A stretch of DNA of 42,978 nt. Origin: Bacteriovoracia bacterium. GTDB lineage: Bacteria > Bdellovibrionota > Bacteriovoracia > Bacteriovoracales > Bacteriovoracaceae. The translations under genes and the position numbers were made by a program. Below the pieces are notes generated by a model, which was given only the letters and a program-made list of their open reading frames with translations, searched no databases and had not been told where the DNA came from. The stretch is taken from NCBI GenBank assembly GCA_046570105.1, contig JBKHVI010000019.1:1-42978 (forward strand), given 5' to 3'. This document shows, in pieces, positions 1 to 9,770 of this stretch. Numbering within the stretch: the first letter of the stretch is position 1; each line of letters starts with the position of its first letter.

Positions 1-141
1 AAGGTGCTTCATGCCCTCTACGGAGAAGGCTTGGTTGTTGAGTCTGAGGGCATGGGAAGTGATGAAAAAATTCTAATTAAATTTAAGGATGGGGTTAAAA
101 AGCGCTTCATGGTGAAGTTTGCTCCATTACAACGGCTCTAG
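1..141 (+). CDS. 3' end of a UvrD/PcrA-family helicase (C-terminal Tudor-like domain), partial
   Basis: Frame 1 reads KVLHALYGEGLVVESEGMGSDEKILIKFKDGVKKRFMVKFAPLQRL* (TAG at 139-141). This matches the PcrA/UvrD C-terminal pattern V.H..FG.G.V....G.G......I.F...G.K.L...FAPL. Confidence 0.75.
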   Translation, partial: KVLHALYGEGLVVESEGMGSDEKILIKFKDGVKKRFMVKFAPLQRL

Positions 142-163
142 TGCCAAGAAGAGATTGTAAACT

Positions 164-1987
164 GTGAAAAAGATTGTTCCATTTCTTGTCATTATTTGGG
201 TTCTCATTGGAGTTGCCTCTTTTTTTATTTGGTGGAAAGTGACACGCAATCTCACGCCTGAGATCTTAAGTAACCATGCCAATAAAATTGCGAAAGAATT
301 AGAAGTTCCATGGGAGATGAAATTTAAAAAGATCACCCCAAGTTACGGTGCCGATTTTAGAATTATTTTTGACGGTCTTGAAGCGATTGCCTCTGATGGT
401 ACTTCCATATTAAAGGTCGACTACACTGAAGTTCGCTTACCTTGGACAATTCTCTTTTCCAGAAATCCCGTCAGAGTTAATGTTAACTTTAATGATGTTG
501 TTATTGCCGACTGGAGTCGCATCCTAACTGAAATCGAACTTTTCTTAGATCAGCGCAAGACGGATCGTGTACAAGAAATTTCAGTCGCACCTCAGTTGGT
601 AGCCTCAAGTGTAAATTTACGTCTCAATAATGTGCAGGGAATGTGGAAAAACTCCAATATTATTCTCAAGAAATTGTACCTACTTAATATGGATCCCAAA
701 AAACCCACAGCCTTCGAAGTTGTTTTCCCCTGGGAAACAGCTTGGAAAGGGGCGAGCTTGTCGGGTGAAACAAAAATTTTAGGAGAATATCGTTTCTCAC
801 GTCAAAAGATCGACCTTCACTACTATTTGAAGTCACGTCTTCAAACCCAACGAGAAACACGCATACGGGGGGGAGAAGTCTCAGTTGAAGGTAAAGGATT
901 TTATCATCCTAGAATGGGTCTCTTTACAACGTTGTCCGCTAAAGATGACTGGGTTGCCTTTGTAGGTGATGCGGAATGGACTACCTCTCAGTTTAAATTA
1001 AATGTGCCAAAGTTTGCTCTTTCAAAAGATTTTATTTTTGATCTTTTACCTTTAACTGGACTGCATGGAGCGACGACGCCCTATCAGACAACAGCTCTTC
1101 TTGGTGAACTCAGATTGTTGCACTCTGAAACAGAGAAAGATTTCAAACTTAGCGTGAGATCAAAGTCGTCAGCGAAATGGACTCAACCTGATAAACCTGA
1201 CCGAAGTTTCAGCCTGATTGCTGATATTAGTTCGAATAAGCCTAGCAATGTTGAATTCAAGCTGGGTGATGTGAACTTATTCAATTATCAGCACAGTAAA
1301 AAAGAGAGTTCGCTCAGCTGGTCAGAAGAATTATTTGCTCCGATTGAAAATAAGGCCTGGTACCAACCTCATAATGAGATTTGGGATATGGCGTGGTTTT
1401 TACCTTGGGATAAGTTAGTTATCAGCAGTGGCGATAGGCCTGCTTATCAACTTGTACGTGGAAAGAATGATATGCGAGTGTCATCTTTTGAAGCCAACGA
1501 AGCTTGGCCACCCATCGATGTGACTCATCAATATTCTGGACAGACACCCATCAGCTGGGAATTTGTTTTTGATAAAAAGCCTCTCGAAGAAGTTTTACTT
1601 GGGATGGGACTGGAGTCTTTTCTTGTCCCCGGCCACCTGTACACGGGTGCGATTCAAGTGCTAACTAACTCAGAAACAAAATTTAAACTTGCCTGGAAAG
1701 GGGGCGGCATCGCCCTGATGTCACGCTCGAGTTGTAAAACGACTTTAGGTGAAAAGGCGGAAACTGCTCAGCTGTTACAAAAGACAATGGCCCATCAAGT
1801 AGAACTTAGCTTAAAAAATGGTGAGTTTAATATTATAAATTGGCAGGCCAAAGATGCTTCTGAGACATGGACGATCAAAGGCCTGTGGTCGAATTCCCCT
1901 GTTAAATGTCTTTTGAACTTTAACCATAAGATTGGGAAAGCCAAGCCGAGCCAATTCTCAATCGACTTGAACCAAGGAACCCCATGA
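164..1987 (+). CDS. N-terminally anchored beta-rich hypothetical protein, possibly AsmA-like
   Basis: 607-aa ORF with GTG start, one N-terminal TM helix followed by beta-rich sequence; stop overlaps the mtnA start (ATGA). Family assignment is tentative. Confidence 0.55.
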   Translation: MKKIVPFLVIIWVLIGVASFFIWWKVTRNLTPEILSNHANKIAKELEVPWEMKFKKITPSYGADFRIIFDGLEAIASDGTSILKVDYTEVRLPWTILFSRNPVRVNVNFNDVVIADWSRILTEIELFLDQRKTDRVQEISVAPQLVASSVNLRLNNVQGMWKNSNIILKKLYLLNMDPKKPTAFEVVFPWETAWKGASLSGETKILGEYRFSRQKIDLHYYLKSRLQTQRETRIRGGEVSVEGKGFYHPRMGLFTTLSAKDDWVAFVGDAEWTTSQFKLNVPKFALSKDFIFDLLPLTGLHGATTPYQTTALLGELRLLHSETEKDFKLSVRSKSSAKWTQPDKPDRSFSLIADISSNKPSNVEFKLGDVNLFNYQHSKKESSLSWSEELFAPIENKAWYQPHNEIWDMAWFLPWDKLVISSGDRPAYQLVRGKNDMRVSSFEANEAWPPIDVTHQYSGQTPISWEFVFDKKPLEEVLLGMGLESFLVPGHLYTGAIQVLTNSETKFKLAWKGGGIALMSRSSCKTTLGEKAETAQLLQKTMAHQVELSLKNGEFNIINWQAKDASETWTIKGLWSNSPVKCLLNFNHKIGKAKPSQFSIDLNQGTP

Positions 1988-3042
1988 GTGTAGCGGCGCC
2001 CATCGTTTGGAGAAACCAGAAGTTGGAATTGCTTGATCAGCGATTATTGCCTCAGCAAGAAGTCATGGTTGTATGTGAGACGCTTGAAAGTGCACATGAT
2101 GCAATTAGAGATATGGTCGTGCGGGGAGCACCTTGTATTGGCTTTACGGCCCTCTATGGATTGTCCCTTTGGTTAAAAGCTCAATCGAAGTTTTCGATTG
2201 GAGATTTAAAACAAGCAGCGACTTTCCTTAAAGGTGCAAGACCTACTGCAGTCAATTTGATGTATGAAGTTGATCGCGTTGTGAAATCAGTTGAAACCAA
2301 ATTTACAACAGCTGACGACATTAAAAAAGTTTTCGAATTCGTATTGTCAGACGCTCATCTACAAATGGAACTCTCTCAGTCAAAAAATACAAAAATGGCA
2401 GAGTTGGCGCTTAAGGATCTCACTGATCTCTATGGTGATAGACCACTTACTCTAATGACCCATTGTAATACCGGATTTCTGGCCTGTGGTACGCTTGGTA
2501 CAGCGTTAGGTGTGATTTCACACGCGCATAGTAAGAAACGTGTGCAGAAGGTTTATGCTGATGAAACTCGTCCTTATATGCAAGGAACGCGCTTGACTGC
2601 TTACGAGCTGGGTAAAGAAGGTATACCTTATCAATTAGTTGTCGAAGGTGCTGCCAGCTATCTTTTTTCTCATCATAAAGTTGACGCAATCTTTGTAGGT
2701 GCAGATCGTATCGCAGCGAATGGAGATACTGCCAACAAAGTTGGGACATCTACTTTAGCGATTGTGGCCCATCACTACAAAGTTCCTTTTTATGTAGTCG
2801 CTCCATTAAGCTCTTTTGATTTTAGTACTCCAAACGGTAAAGGCATTGAGATTGAGTTAAGACACGAAAGTGAGATTTTGTCTTATCAAGGAAAATTAGT
2901 GGCCCCGGCCGGCGCCCGCGCCTTAAATCCAAGCTTTGATGTAACAGACTCGCGCTTTATTTCCGGAATCATTTGTGAAAATGGTTTAGTGAAAAACCCA
3001 AGTCTTGAGTCAATGAAAGTTTTGCAAAGAGGTTCGCATTGA
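1984..3042 (+). CDS. mtnA: S-methyl-5-thioribose-1-phosphate isomerase
   Basis: Motifs LLDQRLLP, MVVRGAPCIG, ARPTAVNL, THCNTG, DETRP, GADRIAANGDTANKVGT, NPSFDVT. Confidence 0.95.
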   Translation: MSVAAPIVWRNQKLELLDQRLLPQQEVMVVCETLESAHDAIRDMVVRGAPCIGFTALYGLSLWLKAQSKFSIGDLKQAATFLKGARPTAVNLMYEVDRVVKSVETKFTTADDIKKVFEFVLSDAHLQMELSQSKNTKMAELALKDLTDLYGDRPLTLMTHCNTGFLACGTLGTALGVISHAHSKKRVQKVYADETRPYMQGTRLTAYELGKEGIPYQLVVEGAASYLFSHHKVDAIFVGADRIAANGDTANKVGTSTLAIVAHHYKVPFYVVAPLSSFDFSTPNGKGIEIELRHESEILSYQGKLVAPAGARALNPSFDVTDSRFISGIICENGLVKNPSLESMKVLQRGSH

Positions 3043-3959
3043 ATAATGTTCGTGCCAGCATCGACATCGGTTCGAATTCTGTTCTGTTGCTCTTAGCAGA
3101 GGTCACACCATTTAAAGAAATAGCGAAGCTTTCTGAGGTCACGGGCCTTGGTAGAGGATTAGATAAAAGTGGTGTTTTTGCAGAAGAATCAATGCAAGAA
3201 ACCTATGTAGCTCTTAAACACTACGCAGAAGTATGTGCGAAGGCTGGAGTCAATCCAAAAGAAATTATTGCGACAGCTACTGAGGCTTCGCGTGTTGCAA
3301 AGAATGCACCAGGTTTTTATCAGAAGATCCGCGACGAACTGGGGATAAATGTCCAAATTATAACCGGTAAGGGTGAAGCGGCCTTAACCACGAAGGGTAT
3401 TCTTTTTAATACGTCTTTTGCGACCGAAGAAGTTGTTGTGATGGATATTGGCGGAGCTTCCACTGAGCTTATTCGTGTAAACACTAAAACATTTGAGATT
3501 CAAAAATCCGTTAGTTTGCGTGTCGGCTCTGTGCGTGCCACTGATTGGCTTAAAGAAGATGTTTTCCAAAATGCCTTGAGCAAAGTGTTTCAAGACCACT
3601 CAATCGATCTGGATGACTATCGTACTCCCGTGCTTCATTGTGTGGCTGGTACCTTAACCTCCATCGGGAACATGCACTTGGGGAATAAGGATTTTGTTGA
3701 AGATGAAGTTCATGGTCTCATCCTTAAAAAAGAACATATCGAAGCTTTATTTAGAAGATGCTCTCAATGGTCACCTGAAGACTTCTTGAAAGAATTTCCA
3801 TTTCTCGGGAAGCGCTCAGCTGCGATGAGGGGAGGCCTGATACTTACGAATCACTTATTACAGAGACTGAATGTTAGGGAAGTCGTAATCTCAACATACG
3901 GCTTGCGTTTTGGAACCTTTTTAGATGGGGGAGTGTCAAATGAATATCTCGCTAAATGA
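3039..3959 (+). CDS. Ppx/GppA family phosphatase (short, ASKHA domain only)
   Basis: SIDIGSNS, ATEASR, GEA and MDIGGASTE motifs, ending GLRFG; TTG start overlaps the mtnA stop. Confidence 0.9.
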   Translation: MNNVRASIDIGSNSVLLLLAEVTPFKEIAKLSEVTGLGRGLDKSGVFAEESMQETYVALKHYAEVCAKAGVNPKEIIATATEASRVAKNAPGFYQKIRDELGINVQIITGKGEAALTTKGILFNTSFATEEVVVMDIGGASTELIRVNTKTFEIQKSVSLRVGSVRATDWLKEDVFQNALSKVFQDHSIDLDDYRTPVLHCVAGTLTSIGNMHLGNKDFVEDEVHGLILKKEHIEALFRRCSQWSPEDFLKEFPFLGKRSAAMRGGLILTNHLLQRLNVREVVISTYGLRFGTFLDGGVSNEYLAK

Positions 3960-4386
3960 GAATCTCAAAGTAATTGGCAAAGACCAAATTCTATTCAAAG
4001 AAGGTAACGAAGCGACTCATTTCTATTTAGTGAAAAGTGGCGCCATTCTCTGTTTAAAGAACTCTAAGGATCGCCTTGTTCCTATCTTCAATGCTGGTCC
4101 TCAGAAAATCTTGGGGGAAGAGGCTGCTTTAACCGGTATGGCGCATGCTTACTCCGCTGTGGCCGTAGAAGAAGCTGAAGTGGTGGAGATTGAAGCTAAG
4201 GTCGTTAAGAAACTCATTGAGACTGGACCACAATGGATGGGCAATCTTTTAAGAACACTTGGTGAGAGAGCGACTGATACGTCAGCAGCAATCGCAGAGC
4301 ATCGAATCTTTAGTGATGAACTATCTTCTGGAGCTAACTTAGCCCCAGAAGAAGAAAATCGTATAAAAAAAATGTTGGATCAGTAG
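3940..4386 (+). CDS. Cyclic-nucleotide-binding domain protein without an obvious HTH
   Basis: ILFKEGNEATHFYLVKSG...LGEEAAL cNMP-barrel pattern; probable ATG at 3940. Confidence 0.8.
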   Translation: MNISLNENLKVIGKDQILFKEGNEATHFYLVKSGAILCLKNSKDRLVPIFNAGPQKILGEEAALTGMAHAYSAVAVEEAEVVEIEAKVVKKLIETGPQWMGNLLRTLGERATDTSAAIAEHRIFSDELSSGANLAPEEENRIKKMLDQ

Positions 4387-4817
4387 AAACGAACGACCTG
4401 ACGACGGCTTAACTCAATGGCAGCATCAAGAATCTTATCTTGTGCGCGCTGGCACTCACGACGATTGGCCGATAGATCTTTTGTCATAACCTCGTAAGCC
4501 TTCAGCGCATTTTCACGTCCAATTAATCCCAAAGCACGTTTTTGATTTTTAATTGAAGTGAGGCTTAAGGCCAAGCCAAGTACTACAGGCTTTGTTGCCA
4601 TGAGAATTTTACTGAGATTCTCATCATCGAGCGCCCAGAGATTATCATAAGAAAAACATTGTTCTGAGAGTTCTTTGGCAAGTGTCGGGTTTCTTCCCTT
4701 CAAATTGCGGAGTAACTTCGTTTTATCACCTGGCTCCATATGGCGAAGGAGATCCACCACTTGTTGGCGACCATTGATATAGATTCCAGTTTTTTCGTTG
4801 GCAGTATTTTGTGACAT
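4380..4817 (-). CDS. Stand-alone FliG C-terminal-domain-like protein
   Basis: NPTLAKELSEQCFSYDNLWALDDENLSKIL...LALS...AQDKIL aligns by eye with FliG_C (DPELAEEI...MFxFEDL..LDD..IQ.VL...LAL...AQ..I); AGGAG SD upstream. Confidence 0.7.
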   Translation of the reverse strand: MSQNTANEKTGIYINGRQQVVDLLRHMEPGDKTKLLRNLKGRNPTLAKELSEQCFSYDNLWALDDENLSKILMATKPVVLGLALSLTSIKNQKRALGLIGRENALKAYEVMTKDLSANRRECQRAQDKILDAAIELSRRQVVRFY

Positions 4818-4837
4818 CCTGTCGCTCCTTCAATGCC

Positions 4838-5257
4838 CTAAGCTTCTTGCTTGGCTTTTTGTTCTTCGAATCGATTCTTGGCGCGTTCCATGTATTCTTG
4901 ATGACTTTCTAGTGTGCGATTAACTTCTTTCTCCTGACTCTGTTTTAGTTCGGCCAAACGTGATTCTTGTGCGAGCTTAAGCTCTTGAAGTGTTTTGTCA
5001 TAAGTCATGCTCTCTTCTTCTAGTCTTCTGGCATGACTCGAGCGAATTTTAGAAAGATGTTGGTTATATTTTGATTGATCTTTATTCAATTGAACTTCGT
5101 AGTCCTTTTGAAGACGAACAACTTCTTTCTCATTTTCTTCTTTAACTTTGTTTACTGTCTTTTGTAGTTGCTCTTCGAGGCGGCGCAGCTCAACGGCCTG
5201 GCGGCGATTAAGTGCCTCTTTCGCATTGTTGTGCTTTGGGATCGACATTTCTGACAT
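4838..5257 (-). CDS. Coiled-coil hypothetical protein
   Basis: E/K/Q-rich heptad sequence; ATG at 5257 preceded by GAGGG SD. Confidence 0.7.
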   Translation of the reverse strand: MSEMSIPKHNNAKEALNRRQAVELRRLEEQLQKTVNKVKEENEKEVVRLQKDYEVQLNKDQSKYNQHLSKIRSSHARRLEEESMTYDKTLQELKLAQESRLAELKQSQEKEVNRTLESHQEYMERAKNRFEEQKAKQEA

Positions 5258-5345
5258 AATTAACCCTCTTTGATCCTTGTCATGCCAATTAAGGCATCTT
5301 GTATTATGATAAGGAACGTTGATCGTTGTGCTCAAGGGAGGCAAA

Positions 5346-6533
5346 ATGGGCCATTCACCCATTTCCGTCTATTTAGCGGGAGGCAAGCGCACTCCCTTTG
5401 GAAAATTTGGTGGAACTCTGGCCACGCTCTCTCCATTGGAGCTCTGTCAGCGTGCCAGCGAGGCACTATTACTAGAGCTTAAGTTGAGTCCCGATCAAAT
5501 TAATCAAGTAATCGTCGCTAACGTCATCCCCCCTACGCCCGACACTCTTTATTGCGCCCGCCACTTGGCCCTACGACTTAAAATGCCACAAACCACTCCT
5601 GGCCTCATGGTCAATCGCCTTTGCGGCAGTGGTTTTGAAGCCATTATTCAGGCCCAGCACCTGATTGAGAGAGGAGATGCGGAGGCTATTTTAGTGGCCG
5701 GTGTAGAGAATATGTCGATGATCCCTCATCTTTTATATGGTGCCCGCTTTGGAACCAAGTACGGCTCTCCTCCGATGGCGGATTTTTTATTAGATACGCT
5801 CACTGATAAAGAGGCCTGTATTCCAATGGGCGAGACAGCCGAACGATTGGCCGATGAGTATAAAATTTCCAGGGCTGAATCTGATGCCTTTTCATTAGAG
5901 TCTCACCAGAAAGCATCTCGGGCACGCGCTGAAGGAAAGTTTCAAGGTGAGATTGTTGCTATTAACAGTGGCAAAATTAATCTCGACCTTGATGAACACG
6001 TCAGGCCCGATGCGACGATTAGCGAACTCGCCAAATTGCGACCTTCATTTAGAAAAGACGGAGTTGTGACCCCTGGTTCAGCTTCTGGAATAGTCGATGG
6101 AGCAGCGGTCGTACTCATGGCATCTGAAGCTTTTTTGAAAAAAAATAATCTTCCTAAACTTGCGAAGCTTGGCGAAAGTGCTGTGATAGGCGTCGATCCC
6201 ACAAAAATGGGAATCGGTCCTGTTCCGGCCATTGAACTAACTTTGAATAAAGCTAAGAAATCGATTTCAGAAATTGATCTTTTTGAAATTAACGAAGCTT
6301 TTGCACCTCAAGCGATGACGTGTGCTAAAGCACTTAATATTCCAGCTGAGAAGTTGAACATTTGGGGTGGTGCTGTCGCCATTGGTCATCCCTTGGGTGC
6401 GAGCGGAATACGGTTAGCCCTCACGCTTGCTCGCCAATTAAAAGACCAAAAGAAAACAATCGGTATTGCCTCGGCATGTATTGGTGGTGGACAAGGGATA
6501 GCTTTGCTTCTTACGAGAGACGAAAATGTTTGA
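5346..6533 (+). CDS. Thiolase (acetyl-CoA C-acyltransferase)
   Basis: RTPFG, NRLCGSG (catalytic Cys), EINEAFA, GHPLGASG and CIGGGQG motifs; GGGAGG SD before ATG 5346. Confidence 0.95.
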   Translation: MGHSPISVYLAGGKRTPFGKFGGTLATLSPLELCQRASEALLLELKLSPDQINQVIVANVIPPTPDTLYCARHLALRLKMPQTTPGLMVNRLCGSGFEAIIQAQHLIERGDAEAILVAGVENMSMIPHLLYGARFGTKYGSPPMADFLLDTLTDKEACIPMGETAERLADEYKISRAESDAFSLESHQKASRARAEGKFQGEIVAINSGKINLDLDEHVRPDATISELAKLRPSFRKDGVVTPGSASGIVDGAAVVLMASEAFLKKNNLPKLAKLGESAVIGVDPTKMGIGPVPAIELTLNKAKKSISEIDLFEINEAFAPQAMTCAKALNIPAEKLNIWGGAVAIGHPLGASGIRLALTLARQLKDQKKTIGIASACIGGGQGIALLLTRDENV

Positions 6534-7818
6534 ATTAAGTAATCCCCAAATTACCAAGTTTAGTGAATGGCTTAATCTCAATTTTGCCAGTCTTGCCTGG
6601 GAAGGCAAACATCGCCATGCTTTTAATGAATTTTGGGAAGCAGTCTTTAGTGAAGGCCAAGACGCCACTCATGTTATTGAACGGCTCACATATGCAAAAA
6701 AGATTGCGCATACTGGGCCTCTGCATTCATGGATTAGCTGGCTTCTCGATCGATTTACGATTTATGCTTTCTCACAATCAGGTCAATCTTTAAAAAACTT
6801 TTGTGAAGAAGCCAAAGTTCAAGAGAGTTGGTTGGCCCATATTTTGAGAGATTACTTTTTAAGTCTGCAACCGCATATGGCCGATGAGGCCAATGAATTA
6901 TTAGAAATCGGAAATCTTCTTTCGCCCAATAGAAATCGCAATTATCCAGACATGGCGCGCACCTTTGGCACTGAAAACTTGCCACGTCATGGTGACGAAG
7001 ACGATATGATGCTCTCTCTTGAGGTCACGCTATTTCCGCAATGGAAGGCGATTTTAAAAGAGCTTAAAAAAGATCTCTATCAACTTCGCTTCGATTGGCA
7101 GCGTTTTCGTCGTCGTCTTTCTTGGAGACGTCAATTTCGTTTCGCCCGTGAAGTCGTTGCCCTTTTGACCGTGAGTATTGTTCTGATTATTGGTCTTCGT
7201 CTGACCAACTCTTGGTACGAAAATTATATTATCAAGCGCATTAAGCTCTTAGAGCCGACATTTTTTGGCCTTGATCTTTCTATGCTCTATCGTCCTGAAG
7301 ATCGCTCGCTTCGAAATATTGAGCTCTCAAACGAAGAAATCGAAAAGCTAGAAAGGATTGAGGGAGCTAAGACGTTTGAAGAAATTAAAGATGTTCGCTT
7401 CGACCCCGAGTCAGATGAAGTGGCCTTGACCTCAGTCGAAGAAATTCCAGCTTTCTCAGCTGAAGGAAGTGAGACTTCTGAATATGAGGAGAATCAAAAG
7501 GGCGGCTATCGTGATGCGGGTGGAGCTGGCCGCAATCGTGCTTATCGCGTTTTAATGGCTTCAGTGAGCCCACAGGAATTGCGTGAAAAAATTCTTCCTA
7601 TGTTGAAAGACTATAAGGCTTCCGCACTTGGGAATGTAAAACCAGGTACCGCTATCCCTGGAGGGATTTATTTCAATCTCTTGGTGCCTTCTAGTCAGTT
7701 GAAAGCATTTTTAGGTGTCGTTTCAGGCTTAGGAGACGCGACCATCTTTGAGAGCAATGCACGTGAAGCGACTCCGGCCGGTAAGAATCGCGTATTTATT
7801 TGGGTAAAGTCGATTTAG
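6526..7818 (+). CDS. Hypothetical single-pass membrane protein
   Basis: 430-aa ORF overlapping the thiolase stop; central Arg-rich stretch followed by a TM helix (VVALLTVSIVLIIGL). Confidence 0.7.
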   Translation: MFELSNPQITKFSEWLNLNFASLAWEGKHRHAFNEFWEAVFSEGQDATHVIERLTYAKKIAHTGPLHSWISWLLDRFTIYAFSQSGQSLKNFCEEAKVQESWLAHILRDYFLSLQPHMADEANELLEIGNLLSPNRNRNYPDMARTFGTENLPRHGDEDDMMLSLEVTLFPQWKAILKELKKDLYQLRFDWQRFRRRLSWRRQFRFAREVVALLTVSIVLIIGLRLTNSWYENYIIKRIKLLEPTFFGLDLSMLYRPEDRSLRNIELSNEEIEKLERIEGAKTFEEIKDVRFDPESDEVALTSVEEIPAFSAEGSETSEYEENQKGGYRDAGGAGRNRAYRVLMASVSPQELREKILPMLKDYKASALGNVKPGTAIPGGIYFNLLVPSSQLKAFLGVVSGLGDATIFESNAREATPAGKNRVFIWVKSI

Positions 7819-9683
7819 TCTTTTTTGTCGCCCAAGATATTATCAATGAAGCTGAGGTCAACGAAGGACGCACCATCCACTTCGCCGGTTCCGCCTCCAG
7901 TAGGGCCAGAGCCTCCGCCTGAACCACCCAAGTTGCTAAAGAAAGTCATAGCGGCAGCATCGATATTTTCGCCCTTCTTTAAGGCCTCTGTTTCACGAGC
8001 AAGTACTTGTGAGTTCGTCGAGCGTTTACCGTTGGTTTCAATTTGTAAGTAACTGGTCACAACGTTATTAAACAGCATGAGTTGTGTCGTTTGCGAAGTT
8101 TTGCTTTTGATTTCGTCTTTTGCCTTAGTTGCAGTCACTGCATTGGCCGCAGAGTTGGTAGGATCAAGAATTTGTTTGCGCTCAAACGCCGCAGACATAG
8201 AGGCAAAAGAAGCTTCACGTTCGGCTTCAAAGCGCTCTTTAGCAATTGCGACAATATTGTTCAGATTTGCACTTGATAATTGATCTGCCAGATCGGTGTA
8301 ACCTTTCTGAGTAAGGTACTCTTTGAGTTTTTTTTCGTCGGCTTTCAGAAGATCAATGCGCTTCTTTTCAAGTTCAGTGGCGGCAGTGTAACCGAGTTGA
8401 GAGTTTTTAAGTCTTGTCGCCTGCTCAGCATTGCTGAAAAAAATCTCACACTCTTTTGACTCAGGTGCATTTTCACATTGCTCTTGAGTGAACTTGTCTT
8501 CAGTTTCTTTGGAAACTTTTTCCGCCAGCTCGTTGAGATCTTGCGAAGTGAGAGCACTGATTGATTCAATCGATTTTTCACCTCGAACAGTCAGGTCATA
8601 TTTCAATCGATCTTTTTCTAATCCAATTCTAAATTTAGGATCTTTGGTTTCGTCGTAGTCGCGCTCGAACTGCTCTTTGCTCTTCTTAGCGATTTCAAGA
8701 TTGGTTCGATGAGTTTTAAGGCGACTTTGCACCACACATGACATTTCACCTTTTTTCTTATCACTCGGACAGGTATAGGCCGTCATCAGAGCATCATTGC
8801 TCCAAGGAGTTTGGTCTGTGGCATTACAGTAAGCATTTGACTCACAAAGGTGAGGAATGAGACGAGTACATAAGACGAACATATCGTGCAGAATTTTAGG
8901 TGCCTGGGCAGCTGGAAGACCGCTGAGTCTCTGGCTTAGTTCGAGATAGGGGTCAGGTGTAGTGCCTGTTGCGCTGGTGGCCGGAATTGTGTCACTCACT
9001 GAACTCAAACAACCTGCTAGGCCATCACGAGGAGCATTGAGGTTACATTTCTTATCGGCCGGATTACCAAAGCCTAAAATATCAACCCATTTAGTAAAGG
9101 CGGCCTGTGAGGCAGGAGCAGCTGTACCGTCAGGCGAGATGTTGTTGTAACAATAGTTAGAAATCTCTAACAAAATATTTTTACCCAGCTGAGTAATATA
9201 AAGTTCGTTATAAATTTTGTGATCGACGGCGACTTTTTCTTTAATTTGCAGTGCCTGTCCTGTCGCTCCTGTTCCGTAGACAGCATTTTGAATTCTTTTT
9301 GAAAAGAATTCCATCATCGCCTTACTTTCTTTACCTTTCACAAAGCCGTAGGAATCGAGATTGAGTTTTTCAGATAATTGCTTAACTTGATCTTCGTTTA
9401 GAGTTGCAAAGGCCTGTTCGAATTCAATCTTGGCGGCATCGATTTTTGGCTGAGTGGCAGAAGACCCAATCTTAACATCGGCTTCTGTGATTTTGTTTTT
9501 TTCGACGATTTGTTTAATCTGATCAACTTGCAACATTTTAGAATCAATTTCTGCTTCCTTGATGGAAGTCACAAATCGATTGGAGAGTTCATTTTGTTGT
9601 TGTTGAGATAACTCATTTTCAATGGTGAGGGCACTGGCCACCATTGGTAGAAGGGATAAAAACAGACCCAAGAAAAGCTTCAT
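7815..9683 (-). CDS. Secreted hypothetical protein with several Cys and a Gly-rich C-terminal linker
   Basis: 622-aa ORF with signal peptide MKLFLGLFLSLLPMVASA; GGSGGGSGPTGGGTG near the C-terminus. Confidence 0.75.
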   Translation of the reverse strand: MKLFLGLFLSLLPMVASALTIENELSQQQQNELSNRFVTSIKEAEIDSKMLQVDQIKQIVEKNKITEADVKIGSSATQPKIDAAKIEFEQAFATLNEDQVKQLSEKLNLDSYGFVKGKESKAMMEFFSKRIQNAVYGTGATGQALQIKEKVAVDHKIYNELYITQLGKNILLEISNYCYNNISPDGTAAPASQAAFTKWVDILGFGNPADKKCNLNAPRDGLAGCLSSVSDTIPATSATGTTPDPYLELSQRLSGLPAAQAPKILHDMFVLCTRLIPHLCESNAYCNATDQTPWSNDALMTAYTCPSDKKKGEMSCVVQSRLKTHRTNLEIAKKSKEQFERDYDETKDPKFRIGLEKDRLKYDLTVRGEKSIESISALTSQDLNELAEKVSKETEDKFTQEQCENAPESKECEIFFSNAEQATRLKNSQLGYTAATELEKKRIDLLKADEKKLKEYLTQKGYTDLADQLSSANLNNIVAIAKERFEAEREASFASMSAAFERKQILDPTNSAANAVTATKAKDEIKSKTSQTTQLMLFNNVVTSYLQIETNGKRSTNSQVLARETEALKKGENIDAAAMTFFSNLGGSGGGSGPTGGGTGEVDGASFVDLSFIDNILGDKKD

Positions 9684-9693
9684 ATATCTATTC

Positions 9694-9720
9694 TAATCGG
9701 CTCACAGGGGAGGGAGGTGA
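9694..9720 (-). promoter_or_regulatory. Possible sigma-28 (FliA)-type promoter
   Basis: Minus strand reads TCAC-N15-GCCGATTA (consensus TAAA-N15-GCCGATAA), ending 10 nt before the 9683 ATG; the -35 match is poor. Confidence 0.35.
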
Positions 9721-9770
9721 AGTGAATAGCAAAAAACCAAGGTCGAGTTAGTAAAAACGAGGAGTTATGG

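Noticed and set aside
7890..7935. Gly/Ser-rich low-complexity stretch as a DNA repeat
   Set aside because: It encodes a flexible linker with varied codons, not a nucleotide-level repeat.
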